DNA of 64,000 bases from contig CAZCNS010000001.1 of assembly GCA_964500205.1 (NCBI GenBank), positions 433,000-496,999 on the forward strand, given 5' to 3'. Each line of letters begins with the position of its first letter. Position 1 is the first letter of the stretch. Source of the stretch: an uncultured Chryseobacterium sp. (GTDB lineage: Bacteria > Bacteroidota > Bacteroidia > UBA10329). Positions 36,031 to 43,937 of this stretch are shown here, piece by piece. Both the position numbers and the translations under genes were made by a program. The notes under the pieces were generated by a model, which did not search any database, was not told the DNA's origin, and saw nothing but the letters and a program-made list of their open reading frames with translations.

Positions 36031-36159
36031 ACCCAAAGGCTTTGGTTGGTCGGCAGTGCCCTCGGTGGAACCTTCTGCCGGGGGCATTTTTCGGCCCTGA
36101 TGCATCCCGTGGTAACTTTCCAACATCCCCGTACATTTGTTCCAACATCAAAGCCACTG

Positions 36160-36567
36160 ATGAAGAAGCTCATTCCCATCGTCATTTTGATCGCGGCTAT
36201 CATAGGCGGCACGGTGGCGTACCGCATGTATAACAAGCCCCACCGCGACATTGCCAGTGAGGACGCAGCCTTCAGCCTTACTGCGGATGAACTGTTCGAT
36301 GCCTTTGAGGAAAATGAGGCCGATGCCAACGCCAAGTACCTCGATCAGGTAGTTGAGGTGACTGGCGAGGTGGCCGAGTTGACAGAGAACAGCGCGGGGC
36401 AAGCGGTCATCACCATCACAGCCGCCAACGCCATGCTGGGCGGGGTGAGTGCCACCATGCAGGAAGCGGGCGGGGTCAACATCTCCGAAGGCGAGACCGC
36501 CACCGTGAAATGCCGCTGCACCGGCTATCTGATGGATGTGATATTGATCAACTGCACCTTGCAATGA
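36160..36567 (+). CDS. Small membrane-anchored OB-fold-like hypothetical protein
   Basis: It has an N-terminal TM segment (MKKLIPIVILIAAIIGGTVAY) then about 110 aa of mixed beta-strand character (..VVEVTGEVAELTENSAGQAVITITAA.., ..ATVKCRCTGYLMDVILINC). The start was taken at the Met after the upstream in-frame leader. Confidence 0.45.
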   Translation: MKKLIPIVILIAAIIGGTVAYRMYNKPHRDIASEDAAFSLTADELFDAFEENEADANAKYLDQVVEVTGEVAELTENSAGQAVITITAANAMLGGVSATMQEAGGVNISEGETATVKCRCTGYLMDVILINCTLQ

Positions 36568-37271
36568 GAAGCACTGCCCTACTCTTGATTGCAGTCCTTT
36601 TGGCAGCTGCAAGCGGATGCAAGCACGAACCGCTGAACCCTGTTGTGGATGGCAACACACCACCCGACACCACAGAGGGCTGCGACCCCAATACGGTCTA
36701 TTTCGTCAACGATGTGCTGCCCATCTTCAACTCCAGCTGCGCCATGAGCGGCTGTCACAACGCTGCATCTGCGCAGGATGGCGTGGTTCTCGACACCTAT
36801 GCCAACATAATGAACACAGGCGAGGTGAGCCCCGGCAACCCAGGCAATAGTGAGATATATGAGGTAATTACAGAAGATGATGCCGACAAGCTCATGCCTC
36901 CTCCATCATCGGGCATCACCCTCACTCAGGAACAGATCAACACAATCTACAACTGGATAGCATCAGGTGCTCAGAACGATGTGTGCGCACAGACCTCGGC
37001 CTGCGATACGGCAAACGTATCGTTCGCTGCCGATGTTCAGCCCATCCTATCCACCTATTGCCTCGGATGCCATAGCGGTGGCAGCCCGCAAGGCGGCATT
37101 GCACTCAATGGCTACGCCAATGTGCTCCTTCAGGCCAACAACGGCAGACTGGTAGGCTCCATAGATCACCTACCAGCATTCAGCCCGATGCCACAGGGGC
37201 AATCCAAACTAAGCGATTGCAACATCGCACTGATACGCAACTGGGTAGCACAGGGTGCTTCTGACAACTGA
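36561..37271 (+). CDS. Lipoprotein with two tandem PSCyt1-like (Planctomycete-type cytochrome c) haem-binding-like repeats
   Basis: It has a lipoprotein signal (MRSTALLLIAVLLAAASGC). Repeat 1 is ..VLPIFNSSCAMSGCHN....LMPPP..., with C-x4-CH rather than canonical CXXCH. Repeat 2 is ..VQPILSTYCLGCHSGG....SPMPQG.... Each repeat ends I..W(I/V)..GA. Confidence 0.55.
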   Translation, partial: AMRSTALLLIAVLLAAASGCKHEPLNPVVDGNTPPDTTEGCDPNTVYFVNDVLPIFNSSCAMSGCHNAASAQDGVVLDTYANIMNTGEVSPGNPGNSEIYEVITEDDADKLMPPPSSGITLTQEQINTIYNWIASGAQNDVCAQTSACDTANVSFAADVQPILSTYCLGCHSGGSPQGGIALNGYANVLLQANNGRLVGSIDHLPAFSPMPQGQSKLSDCNIALIRNWVAQGASDN

Positions 37272-37284
37272 TTCAAACAGAAAA

Positions 37285-37662
37285 ATGGAAAACCGGTCTT
37301 TCAACAAATTTGTCGGCAACGGTCTGGTGGCGTTGGGGGTCTTCGCTCTTCTGGGTCTTTCTTCCTGCTACTACGACAACGAGGAGGAACTCTACGGTGC
37401 TGACTGCGACACCACGGGTGTAAGCTATGCAGACGACATCTGGCCCATCATAAACGGTAATTGCCAAACAGGGTGCCACGGGCCTGGCGGCAGTGGTAAC
37501 GGCATCTTCACCGACCACGCATCGGTACTGGCCAAAGTGACAAATGGGTCCATGTTGGCCCGCGTGGTGGAACAACAGAACATGCCACCCAACGGAGAAC
37601 TCACCTCATGCCAAGTAGAACTGTTCCGGGCATGGATATTGAATGGTGCACCCAACAACTAA
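37285..37662 (+). CDS. Lipoprotein with a single PSCyt1-like repeat (paralog of the upstream tandem-repeat gene)
   Basis: It has a lipoprotein signal (..LGLSSC) and ..IWPIINGNCQTGCHGPGGSG....NMPPNG...LFRAWILNGAPNN. Confidence 0.5.
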   Translation: MENRSFNKFVGNGLVALGVFALLGLSSCYYDNEEELYGADCDTTGVSYADDIWPIINGNCQTGCHGPGGSGNGIFTDHASVLAKVTNGSMLARVVEQQNMPPNGELTSCQVELFRAWILNGAPNN

Positions 37663-37679
37663 CGAAAACCTTTCGAACG

Positions 37680-38234
37680 ATGAAAAAGCTTCTCTTCATA
37701 GTCCTAACTACCGCCACGGCCACCGCGCCTGCTTTCGCACAGAAGTACCTCAGCAAGACCGCACAGGTCAGTTTCTTCTCCAAGACCCCGATGGAAAACA
37801 TCGAGGCGCACAATCGTCAGGGCACCACAGTGGTCGATTTCGAGAAGAATGAAATGGTCTTCACTGTGCTCATGAAGTCCTTCGAGTTCGACAAGGCCCT
37901 GATGCAAGAGCATTTCAACGAAAAATATGTGGAGTCGGCCAAGTATCCGAAAGGCACATTCAAGGGCAAATTCACTCCCAAAGAAGGTCTTAACCTCAAA
38001 AAGGATGGCACCTACCCTGTCTCCGTAGATGGAACGATGGAGATCAAAGGGAAGACCAACCCCGTGAAGGCCGAGGGCATTTTCACGGTGAAGGATGGTA
38101 AGCTGCGCGGCACATCAGAATTCCATATAGTGCTTGCTGACTACGATATAAAGATTCCTGGAGCTGTGAAGGACAATATCGCAGAGAAGGTTCATGTCAC
38201 CGTTGAAGCCGAATACGATGCCTACAACAAGTAA
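37680..38234 (+). CDS. YceI family (polyisoprenoid-binding-like) periplasmic protein
   Basis: It has a signal peptide (MKKLLFIVLTTATATAPAFAQ). The size (about 185 aa) and beta-rich K/T/V composition (..YLSKTAQVSFFSKTPMENIEAHN.., ..VSVDGTMEIKGKTNPVKAEGIFTVKDGK..) fit a YceI-like barrel. The assignment is by general resemblance only. Confidence 0.5.
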   Translation: MKKLLFIVLTTATATAPAFAQKYLSKTAQVSFFSKTPMENIEAHNRQGTTVVDFEKNEMVFTVLMKSFEFDKALMQEHFNEKYVESAKYPKGTFKGKFTPKEGLNLKKDGTYPVSVDGTMEIKGKTNPVKAEGIFTVKDGKLRGTSEFHIVLADYDIKIPGAVKDNIAEKVHVTVEAEYDAYNK

Positions 38235-39192
38235 GCTGCTGGCAGCTGCATTTGCACTGCTGTTCTCCATTCCAGCCTTAGCGCAGGAAGACCTTATGGA
38301 CATGCTCGATGAGCTGGAACCTGAGGAGGCAAAGACCGAGTACACCTTCGCCACTTTCAAAACGACAAGGCTCGTGTCGGGCCACACCATCGAGACCAAT
38401 GCCGAGGGTGTATTCAACGTGCTGATAGGCCACCGCTTTGGCCGCGTGAACGAGGGCCTGAGCGAATTCTTCGGATTAGACAACGCCAAAATCCGTCTCG
38501 GCTTCGAGTATGGTATCACGGACGACCTCGACATCGGTTTTGGACGCAATACGTTTCAAAAGGTTTATGACGGCTTCATCAAGTATAAGGTGCTGAAGCA
38601 GAGTAAAGGCGAGCGGAAGATGCCTGTCACCATGACGCTTTTTGCCAGCACGGCTATCATCTCTCAGGCATTTGCCGACCCCACCCGCGAGAACTACTTC
38701 ACCTCGCGCATGTTCTTCAGCTATCAGATACTGTTGGCTCGGAAGTTCTCCGAGCGATTGTCGCTCCAGCTTATGCCAAGTATCGTTCACCGCAATCTGG
38801 TGAAGACCGTGGACGATGCTAACACTGTCTTCTCGCTAGGAGCAGGCGGGCGCGTAAAACTGACAGGAAGCCTCGCCCTAAATCTTGAGTATTATTGGGT
38901 AATTCCCGGTCAGATATCCTCGCAATTCGATGGGCAGAAGGTGCGCGACTCCTTCAGCATCGGTCTGGACATTGAGACGGGCGGGCACGTATTCCAAGTG
39001 TTCGCCACCAATAGCCGTGGCATACACGAGAAAGCGTTCATCACTGAGACCAATGGCGATTGGCTGAAGGGCGATATCCACATCGGCTTCAACATCAGCC
39101 GCGTTTTCAGCTTCTACGACAAGAACAAGGCGCGGGCGAAACGAGAGGCGAAGAAAAGTGTTGGTGCTGCACAACCCAACCCAGAATGGTAG
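38218..39192 (+). CDS. Outer-membrane beta-barrel protein (DUF5777-like, tentative)
   Basis: It has a signal peptide (MPTTSKLLAAAFALLFSIPALAQ). Alternating hydrophobic beta-strand patterns end in an aromatic C-terminal region (..IHIGFNISRVF) plus a basic tail. It overlaps the YceI stop. Confidence 0.4.
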   Translation: MPTTSKLLAAAFALLFSIPALAQEDLMDMLDELEPEEAKTEYTFATFKTTRLVSGHTIETNAEGVFNVLIGHRFGRVNEGLSEFFGLDNAKIRLGFEYGITDDLDIGFGRNTFQKVYDGFIKYKVLKQSKGERKMPVTMTLFASTAIISQAFADPTRENYFTSRMFFSYQILLARKFSERLSLQLMPSIVHRNLVKTVDDANTVFSLGAGGRVKLTGSLALNLEYYWVIPGQISSQFDGQKVRDSFSIGLDIETGGHVFQVFATNSRGIHEKAFITETNGDWLKGDIHIGFNISRVFSFYDKNKARAKREAKKSVGAAQPNPEW

Positions 39193-39249
39193 AGGCGGAA
39201 ACTGTTCCCGTATCGGGAACATCCTTACCTTTGCTTGTGATTCCATGCC

Positions 39250-39543
39250 ATGCGTGTCATAGCCAAGAAGATGTTGCGAAATTTCTGGGAACGGCATTCT
39301 GACTGTGAGCAGCAATTGAAAACATGGTTCCGAGAAACAGAAAAATGTTCGTGGACAAATGCCAACGACATCAAAAAGGAGTATCCATCGGCCAGTATCC
39401 TTGGTGACAACCGCATAGTGTTCAACATCAAAGGGAATCACTATCGTCTTATCGTAAAAGTGAATTATCACTATGGCATGGTCTGGATGCGGTTCATTGG
39501 AACCCATTCCGAGTATGACAGAATTGACGCCAACACCATCTGA
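39250..39543 (+). CDS. higB: Type II toxin-antitoxin system HigB-family toxin (RelE/ParE superfamily)
   Basis: It is 97 aa with ..NHYRLIVKVNYHYGMVWMRFIGTHSEYDRID.., typical of HigB (plasmid-maintenance killer). It sits 3 nt upstream of the HTH antitoxin gene. Confidence 0.75.
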   Translation: MRVIAKKMLRNFWERHSDCEQQLKTWFRETEKCSWTNANDIKKEYPSASILGDNRIVFNIKGNHYRLIVKVNYHYGMVWMRFIGTHSEYDRIDANTI

Positions 39544-39546
39544 ATC

Positions 39547-39897
39547 ATGAAACCGATACACACCACAGAGGATTACAACAACGCCATGCAGCGGCTGGAG
39601 GATATTTTCGATGCTGCTCCTGGCACACCTGAAGGTGATGAGTTGGAGGTGTTGGGTGTCCTTATCGACAATTACGAGAAGGAGCACTTTCCCATCGGTC
39701 TGCCTGACCCCATCGAGGCCATCAAGTTTCGCATGGAACAGATGGGCTATACCAATAGCGACCTCGCACGTGTCGTGGGTCTAAAGAGCCGCGCCAGTGA
39801 GATTCTCAACAGGAAGCGCAAACTATCCTTGAGGATGATAAGGCGACTGCATGAGCAACTGAACATTCCCACGGATGTGCTAATCCAGACATATTGA
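39547..39897 (+). CDS. higA: HigA-type antitoxin (XRE-family HTH DNA-binding protein)
   Basis: The C-terminal HTH (..MGYTNSDLARVVGLKSRASEILNRKRKLSLRMIRRLHEQLNIP..) follows an about 60-aa N-terminal domain, the standard HigA arrangement downstream of HigB. Confidence 0.75.
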   Translation: MKPIHTTEDYNNAMQRLEDIFDAAPGTPEGDELEVLGVLIDNYEKEHFPIGLPDPIEAIKFRMEQMGYTNSDLARVVGLKSRASEILNRKRKLSLRMIRRLHEQLNIPTDVLIQTY

Positions 39898-39912
39898 ACG
39901 CTTAACTGAGAA

Positions 39913-40119
39913 ATGTTAGCAAAAGAATACACCAACGGAGAGGTCACCATCCTCTGGAAACAGCACCTGTGCGCCCATGCAGGCGTTTGTGTGAAGACGC
40001 TGCCCAAGGTTTACAACCCGAAATCACGCCCGTGGATCACCGCTGAGCACGCGACTTCCGAAGAGCTTCGCGCCCAAGTGGCCCTCTGTCCGTCAGGAGC
40101 ATTGACCATCAAGGACTGA
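39913..40119 (+). CDS. Small (4Fe-4S)-binding protein of the divergent mono-cluster type (DUF1271-like)
   Basis: It is 68 aa with Cys at ..LCAHAGVCV.. and ..ALCPSGAL... Such proteins are commonly found upstream of small GNAT genes. Confidence 0.55.
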   Translation: MLAKEYTNGEVTILWKQHLCAHAGVCVKTLPKVYNPKSRPWITAEHATSEELRAQVALCPSGALTIKD

Positions 40120-40122
40120 GCA

Positions 40123-40404
40123 ATGGAGATTCAACTGATTGAAAACGGTTCGAAGGGCCGATTCGCGGCCATGGACAACGGCATCGAGGCGGGCCACATC
40201 ACCTACTCCAAAGCGGGCGACACCACCCTCATCCTCGACCACACTGAGGTTAATGACGCCTATCGCGGTCAGGGCATCGGGAAGATCATCGTGATGCACA
40301 TCGTGGAAGTGGCCCGCAAAGAAGGCCTCCGCATCCTGCCGCTGTGCCCGTTCGCCAAGTCGGTGTTCGACAGGACGGAGGAGATTCGGGATGTGCTGAA
40401 GTAG
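40123..40404 (+). CDS. GNAT family N-acetyltransferase (short YjdJ-like form)
   Basis: It is 93 aa with the ..RGQGIGKIIVMHIVEVARKEGLRILPLCPF.. acetyl-CoA-binding motif (R/Q-x-x-G-x-G/A). Confidence 0.65.
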   Translation: MEIQLIENGSKGRFAAMDNGIEAGHITYSKAGDTTLILDHTEVNDAYRGQGIGKIIVMHIVEVARKEGLRILPLCPFAKSVFDRTEEIRDVLK

Positions 40405-40407
40405 TCC

Positions 40408-40935
40408 CTAATTGACGGCTTCCGACAGAGCGGAAAGGCCCTTCCTCAGCTCAGTCTCCAACTCCTCGGAAACTCCGTTTTCGGTAAAATTCTCCCCGAA
40501 TTTGGGCAGGCTGAAACTCCCGACCACGTTTGCGCCCCAGAATGGCATCACCTTGAGCAAGTGCTCCTGAACCGATGCCCCTCCCCTACCACCGGGCGTT
40601 GCAGTCATCAGCAGCACGGGCTTCTCCTGAAAGGTCTTGCCACCCGTGCGCGACAGCCAGTCCATGGCATTTTTGAATGCCGCTGGCACAGAGCTGTTGT
40701 ACTCGGGCACGGAAAGGAGAAATCCGTCTGCCTCATCAAAAACCCCGCGCAAACGCGCCACCTGTTCAGGGATACCCTCATTCTCAACATCGCGGCTGCA
40801 GAGCGGCATCGGGAAATCGCGCAGTGAGATGATGCGCACGTTCACATCCTCCATCAATGCAACGGCATGTTCTATGAGCCGGTGGTTGATGGAGTCGGAA
40901 CTGAGGCTGCCGGAGAAGGCGAGGATGGTTTTCAT
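40408..40935 (-). CDS. NADPH-dependent FMN reductase family oxidoreductase
   Basis: The sequence MKTILAFSGSLSSDSINHRLIEHA.. has a flavodoxin-like fold with the SGS(L/R) phosphate-binding loop and ..GFLLSVPEYNSSVP... Confidence 0.75.
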   Translation of the reverse strand: MKTILAFSGSLSSDSINHRLIEHAVALMEDVNVRIISLRDFPMPLCSRDVENEGIPEQVARLRGVFDEADGFLLSVPEYNSSVPAAFKNAMDWLSRTGGKTFQEKPVLLMTATPGGRGGASVQEHLLKVMPFWGANVVGSFSLPKFGENFTENGVSEELETELRKGLSALSEAVN

Positions 40936-41057
40936 GGGTGAGTGGTTTTTGATTCACGTAATCCGTGGGCAAAGGTGGTTCAAAATGAACAGCCTACTGT
41001 TGGCAAAGGCTGTTTAGCATACCGTTTCGCCCTTAGTCATCAGGCTAATTTCCTGCC

Positions 41058-42197
41058 ATGAAAAAAGTGCTGTCCACCTTGACTGAGCTTTTCAGCGCGG
41101 CTCTCGTCTCGCTGGCACAGACCTCTTCCCCGTTGGACTCGGCAAAGGTGCTTGTGGCCAGCAACCGCACCCGCGATGCGATACCGGTGCTTGAGCGGCT
41201 CATGGTAAGCGACCCTCGCCATCCCGCCCATAACTACTTCCTCGGACTATGCCTCGTGCGCGAAGGCACCCGTATCAGCGAGGCCACCGCTCTTCTGGAA
41301 AAGGCTGCTGCACTGTACGCGGGACTTGATGTGGACCCGGGCATGGGCGAGCCGGAACTGGTGCATTTCTATCTGGTCATCGCCTATTGCAAACAACAGG
41401 AATGCGAAAAGGCACTGCAACGTTACTATGAGCTGGTGGAGGTCTATTCGGGCAGCGACCAGTTCTACACCAAAGAAGCGGTGAGGTGGGTGGAGCTCTG
41501 CCACGAACCCAAGCGTCTTGCTCAGGAGATGACCACCGCACAGGAGCCAGCAGACACCCGCACCCCCTTGCGCGACCGGCTCACGCCCATTGCTATGAAA
41601 CGAGACAGCGTGGTGACCCGCACGAAGGAGTACACCACGAGGTCGGTGCTCTACGGTGTGCAGGTGGGCGCATTGCTGAAACCCGCCTACACAGCCCATT
41701 TCGCAGGCCTGCGAAATGTGGGCGTGTATGTGGACGAAAATGGGATTTACCGCTATGTGATCGGCAACCTTTCGCTGCGCTCGCAGGCTGAGAAACTGCT
41801 GGAGCAGGTGCGAAGCGCGGGTTATCCCGATGCCTTCATCGTGGACATCAACAACCCTCATCGCTACAGTGAGGAGGTGGTGCTGCTCAATGCGGTGAAC
41901 ATCGACCGGAAGATCAAGGGGAAGGTGGTGTTCAGCGTGCAGATAGGTGCTTTCAGCGAAGTGCTCCCAGGCAGGCTGGCACAACTCTACTTCGATGTGG
42001 AGGGGCTTCGCGAAGAGATCCGCGATGGCATGACACTGCTCACCGTGGGCGACCATGACGACTACGATGCTGCCCTGCTGTCGCGCGACCGTCTTGCGGC
42101 CAAAGGTTTCACAGATGCTTTCATCACCGCATACAACGAGGGGCAACGCATTCCTGTGCCTCTTGCCATCAGGCACCTCGAACAGCAAGAGCGATGA
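41058..42197 (+). CDS. SPOR-domain (peptidoglycan-binding) protein with an N-terminal TPR-like region
   Basis: It has a signal or anchor segment. Two SPOR-like modules are present (..YGVQVGALLKPAYTAHFAGLRNVGVYVDENGIYRYVIGNL.., ..FSVQIGAFSEVLPGRLAQLYFDVEGLREEIRDGMTLLTVGDHDD..). Confidence 0.7.
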   Translation: MKKVLSTLTELFSAALVSLAQTSSPLDSAKVLVASNRTRDAIPVLERLMVSDPRHPAHNYFLGLCLVREGTRISEATALLEKAAALYAGLDVDPGMGEPELVHFYLVIAYCKQQECEKALQRYYELVEVYSGSDQFYTKEAVRWVELCHEPKRLAQEMTTAQEPADTRTPLRDRLTPIAMKRDSVVTRTKEYTTRSVLYGVQVGALLKPAYTAHFAGLRNVGVYVDENGIYRYVIGNLSLRSQAEKLLEQVRSAGYPDAFIVDINNPHRYSEEVVLLNAVNIDRKIKGKVVFSVQIGAFSEVLPGRLAQLYFDVEGLREEIRDGMTLLTVGDHDDYDAALLSRDRLAAKGFTDAFITAYNEGQRIPVPLAIRHLEQQER

Positions 42198-42206
42198 GAG
42201 GGAGTA

Positions 42207-42965
42207 TCAAAGCGGCACCACAGCGTGGTCGAGCCGCTCAATACCGTTGATGCGCTCGGCTCCCATCTCGTGCGTTATCTGAAAATAGTATGTGCCGGGA
42301 TAGGAGAAATTCACCCCGTCCAGCGACACTCTGAGCGAGCGCGGACGCAGGCCGAGCGTGGCCTCTTCATTGACCGTGATAGAGCGGTTGAGAAAAAGAA
42401 TGCCCTGCTCAGGGCTTATCACCTTGACCTTAAAGTGTAGCTTATCGTATTCGAAATTGGGATCCAGTTGAAAAAGCAATTGCACATCTCGGGGAGCGGC
42501 ATCATCGAACTTCACCCTGAAAAGAGGATTCTGCTCACGCACCCAGACATTCCCCACGAAACTGGTCTTACCGAGGTCGGTGGTCACCTTCATGGTGGTA
42601 TTGGTCCCCAAGGTGAAAGAGCCTGTTAAGCCCACCACCTCCTCTGTTTCAGCGTGGTTCAAAAGAATCTGGGCCGTGAGCCGGTCGCCCTCATTAAGCA
42701 GCAGTTGCTTCACCATTCCCTTGCGCGACCCTTTCACGGTGAGGTTATCGTGCAAAGTGTCTGTCCCGATGATGTAGCGCAGCCTGATGAACAGCTCTTT
42801 GACGCCTGCCTCCGCGAGATCGATATCGAGATGGATGTCCACGTATGCAGTGAAATCCGCACGATGCGTCAATACCACAGGGTTCTTCTTAGATATGGAG
42901 GTGAACTCCACAGCCGAAGCATTAAACGCAAGCGTAACGAACAGAGGGACGAGCCACTTTCTCAT
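42207..42965 (-). CDS. Secreted hypothetical protein (beta-rich), co-transcribed with the DUF58 gene
   Basis: It has a signal peptide (MRKWLVPLFVTLAFNASA). Its start lies 3 nt after the DUF58 stop. No family was recognised. Confidence 0.4.
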   Translation of the reverse strand: MRKWLVPLFVTLAFNASAVEFTSISKKNPVVLTHRADFTAYVDIHLDIDLAEAGVKELFIRLRYIIGTDTLHDNLTVKGSRKGMVKQLLLNEGDRLTAQILLNHAETEEVVGLTGSFTLGTNTTMKVTTDLGKTSFVGNVWVREQNPLFRVKFDDAAPRDVQLLFQLDPNFEYDKLHFKVKVISPEQGILFLNRSITVNEEATLGLRPRSLRVSLDGVNFSYPGTYYFQITHEMGAERINGIERLDHAVVPL

Positions 42966-42967
42966 TT

Positions 42968-43906
42968 TCAGAACAATCTTTTTCTCTTTAGCAGATAAGG
43001 GAGCAATACTTTGTCGAACGGCTGATTGACATCGGCCTGCACCAGCTCAATGCCGTACTGTCCGCAACGAAGCTTGAGTTGCTGTTCGAAATCGGACATG
43101 GCCGCGAGGTAACTGTCGCGCACATCGGCCGGGTTGAGGCGCAGCTCCTCGCCTGTCTCCATGTCAATGAAGCGGTGAGGGCGGCTTTCAAAATCGAATT
43201 CCAATTCATGTCTGCGGTCGGCCACATGGAAGAGTATCACCTCGTGGCGGTTGTGACGCATGTGCTGGAGGGCCGCCCACAGATCATCCTGCCCGCGCTC
43301 TGAGTTCTCCATCATATCACTGAAGATAATCACAAGCGACCTGCGCTTGATCTTGTCGGCCACCTCGTGCAGTGCCTGTGCACCGCTGCTTCGCGAACGC
43401 TGTGTTTCCAGAGGCTTCTCCAGCAGTCTTTCCAACTCGGTGAACACCAGTTTGGAATGCACCTGGGTGCTACGGGTGTCGGTATGGAGGTGAACATTCT
43501 CAGAAAAAAGTGAGAGCCCGAAGGCATCGCGTTGGCGCTTGAGCAGATGAACGAGTGCAGCAGCGGAATACACCGAGAAGCCGAGCTTACTGACATCGCC
43601 CATTCCTGTGTTGCCCGCAGCCGGGAAGTTCATGGACGAACTGGTGTCGATCACGATCTGGCACCGGAGGTTGGTCTCCTCCTCATATCGCTTCACAAAG
43701 AGCTTCTCTGTGCGTCCGAAGAGCTTCCAGTCAATGTGTCGGGTGCTCTCGCCAGTGTTGTAAAGCCTGTGCTCCGCAAACTCCACAGAGAATCCGTGGA
43801 ACGGACTCTTGTGCAAACCCGTGATGAACCCTTCAACCACCTGCCGGGCCAGCAGTTCGAGCCTGCTGAACTGCTTGACCGTCTGGCTATGGAGGGAGAG
43901 CGACAT
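42968..43906 (-). CDS. DUF58 domain protein (VWA-like, MoxR-associated family)
   Basis: ..RQVVEGFITGLHKSPFHGFSVEFAEHRLYNTGESTRHIDWKLFGRTEKLFVKRYEEET.. is the hallmark DUF58 N-terminal block. The VWA-like ..QIVIDTSSSM.. follows. Confidence 0.8.
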   Translation of the reverse strand: MSLSLHSQTVKQFSRLELLARQVVEGFITGLHKSPFHGFSVEFAEHRLYNTGESTRHIDWKLFGRTEKLFVKRYEEETNLRCQIVIDTSSSMNFPAAGNTGMGDVSKLGFSVYSAAALVHLLKRQRDAFGLSLFSENVHLHTDTRSTQVHSKLVFTELERLLEKPLETQRSRSSGAQALHEVADKIKRRSLVIIFSDMMENSERGQDDLWAALQHMRHNRHEVILFHVADRRHELEFDFESRPHRFIDMETGEELRLNPADVRDSYLAAMSDFEQQLKLRCGQYGIELVQADVNQPFDKVLLPYLLKRKRLF

Positions 43907-43937
43907 GGGTCAAAGGTAGCAACCGCTGTGGCCGCTG

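Noticed and set aside
42207-42965. Calling the 252-aa secreted protein a gliding-motility lipoprotein (GldH-like)
   Set aside because: The size and sequence do not convincingly match what I recall of GldH (about 150 aa), and there is no lipobox. It is left as hypothetical.
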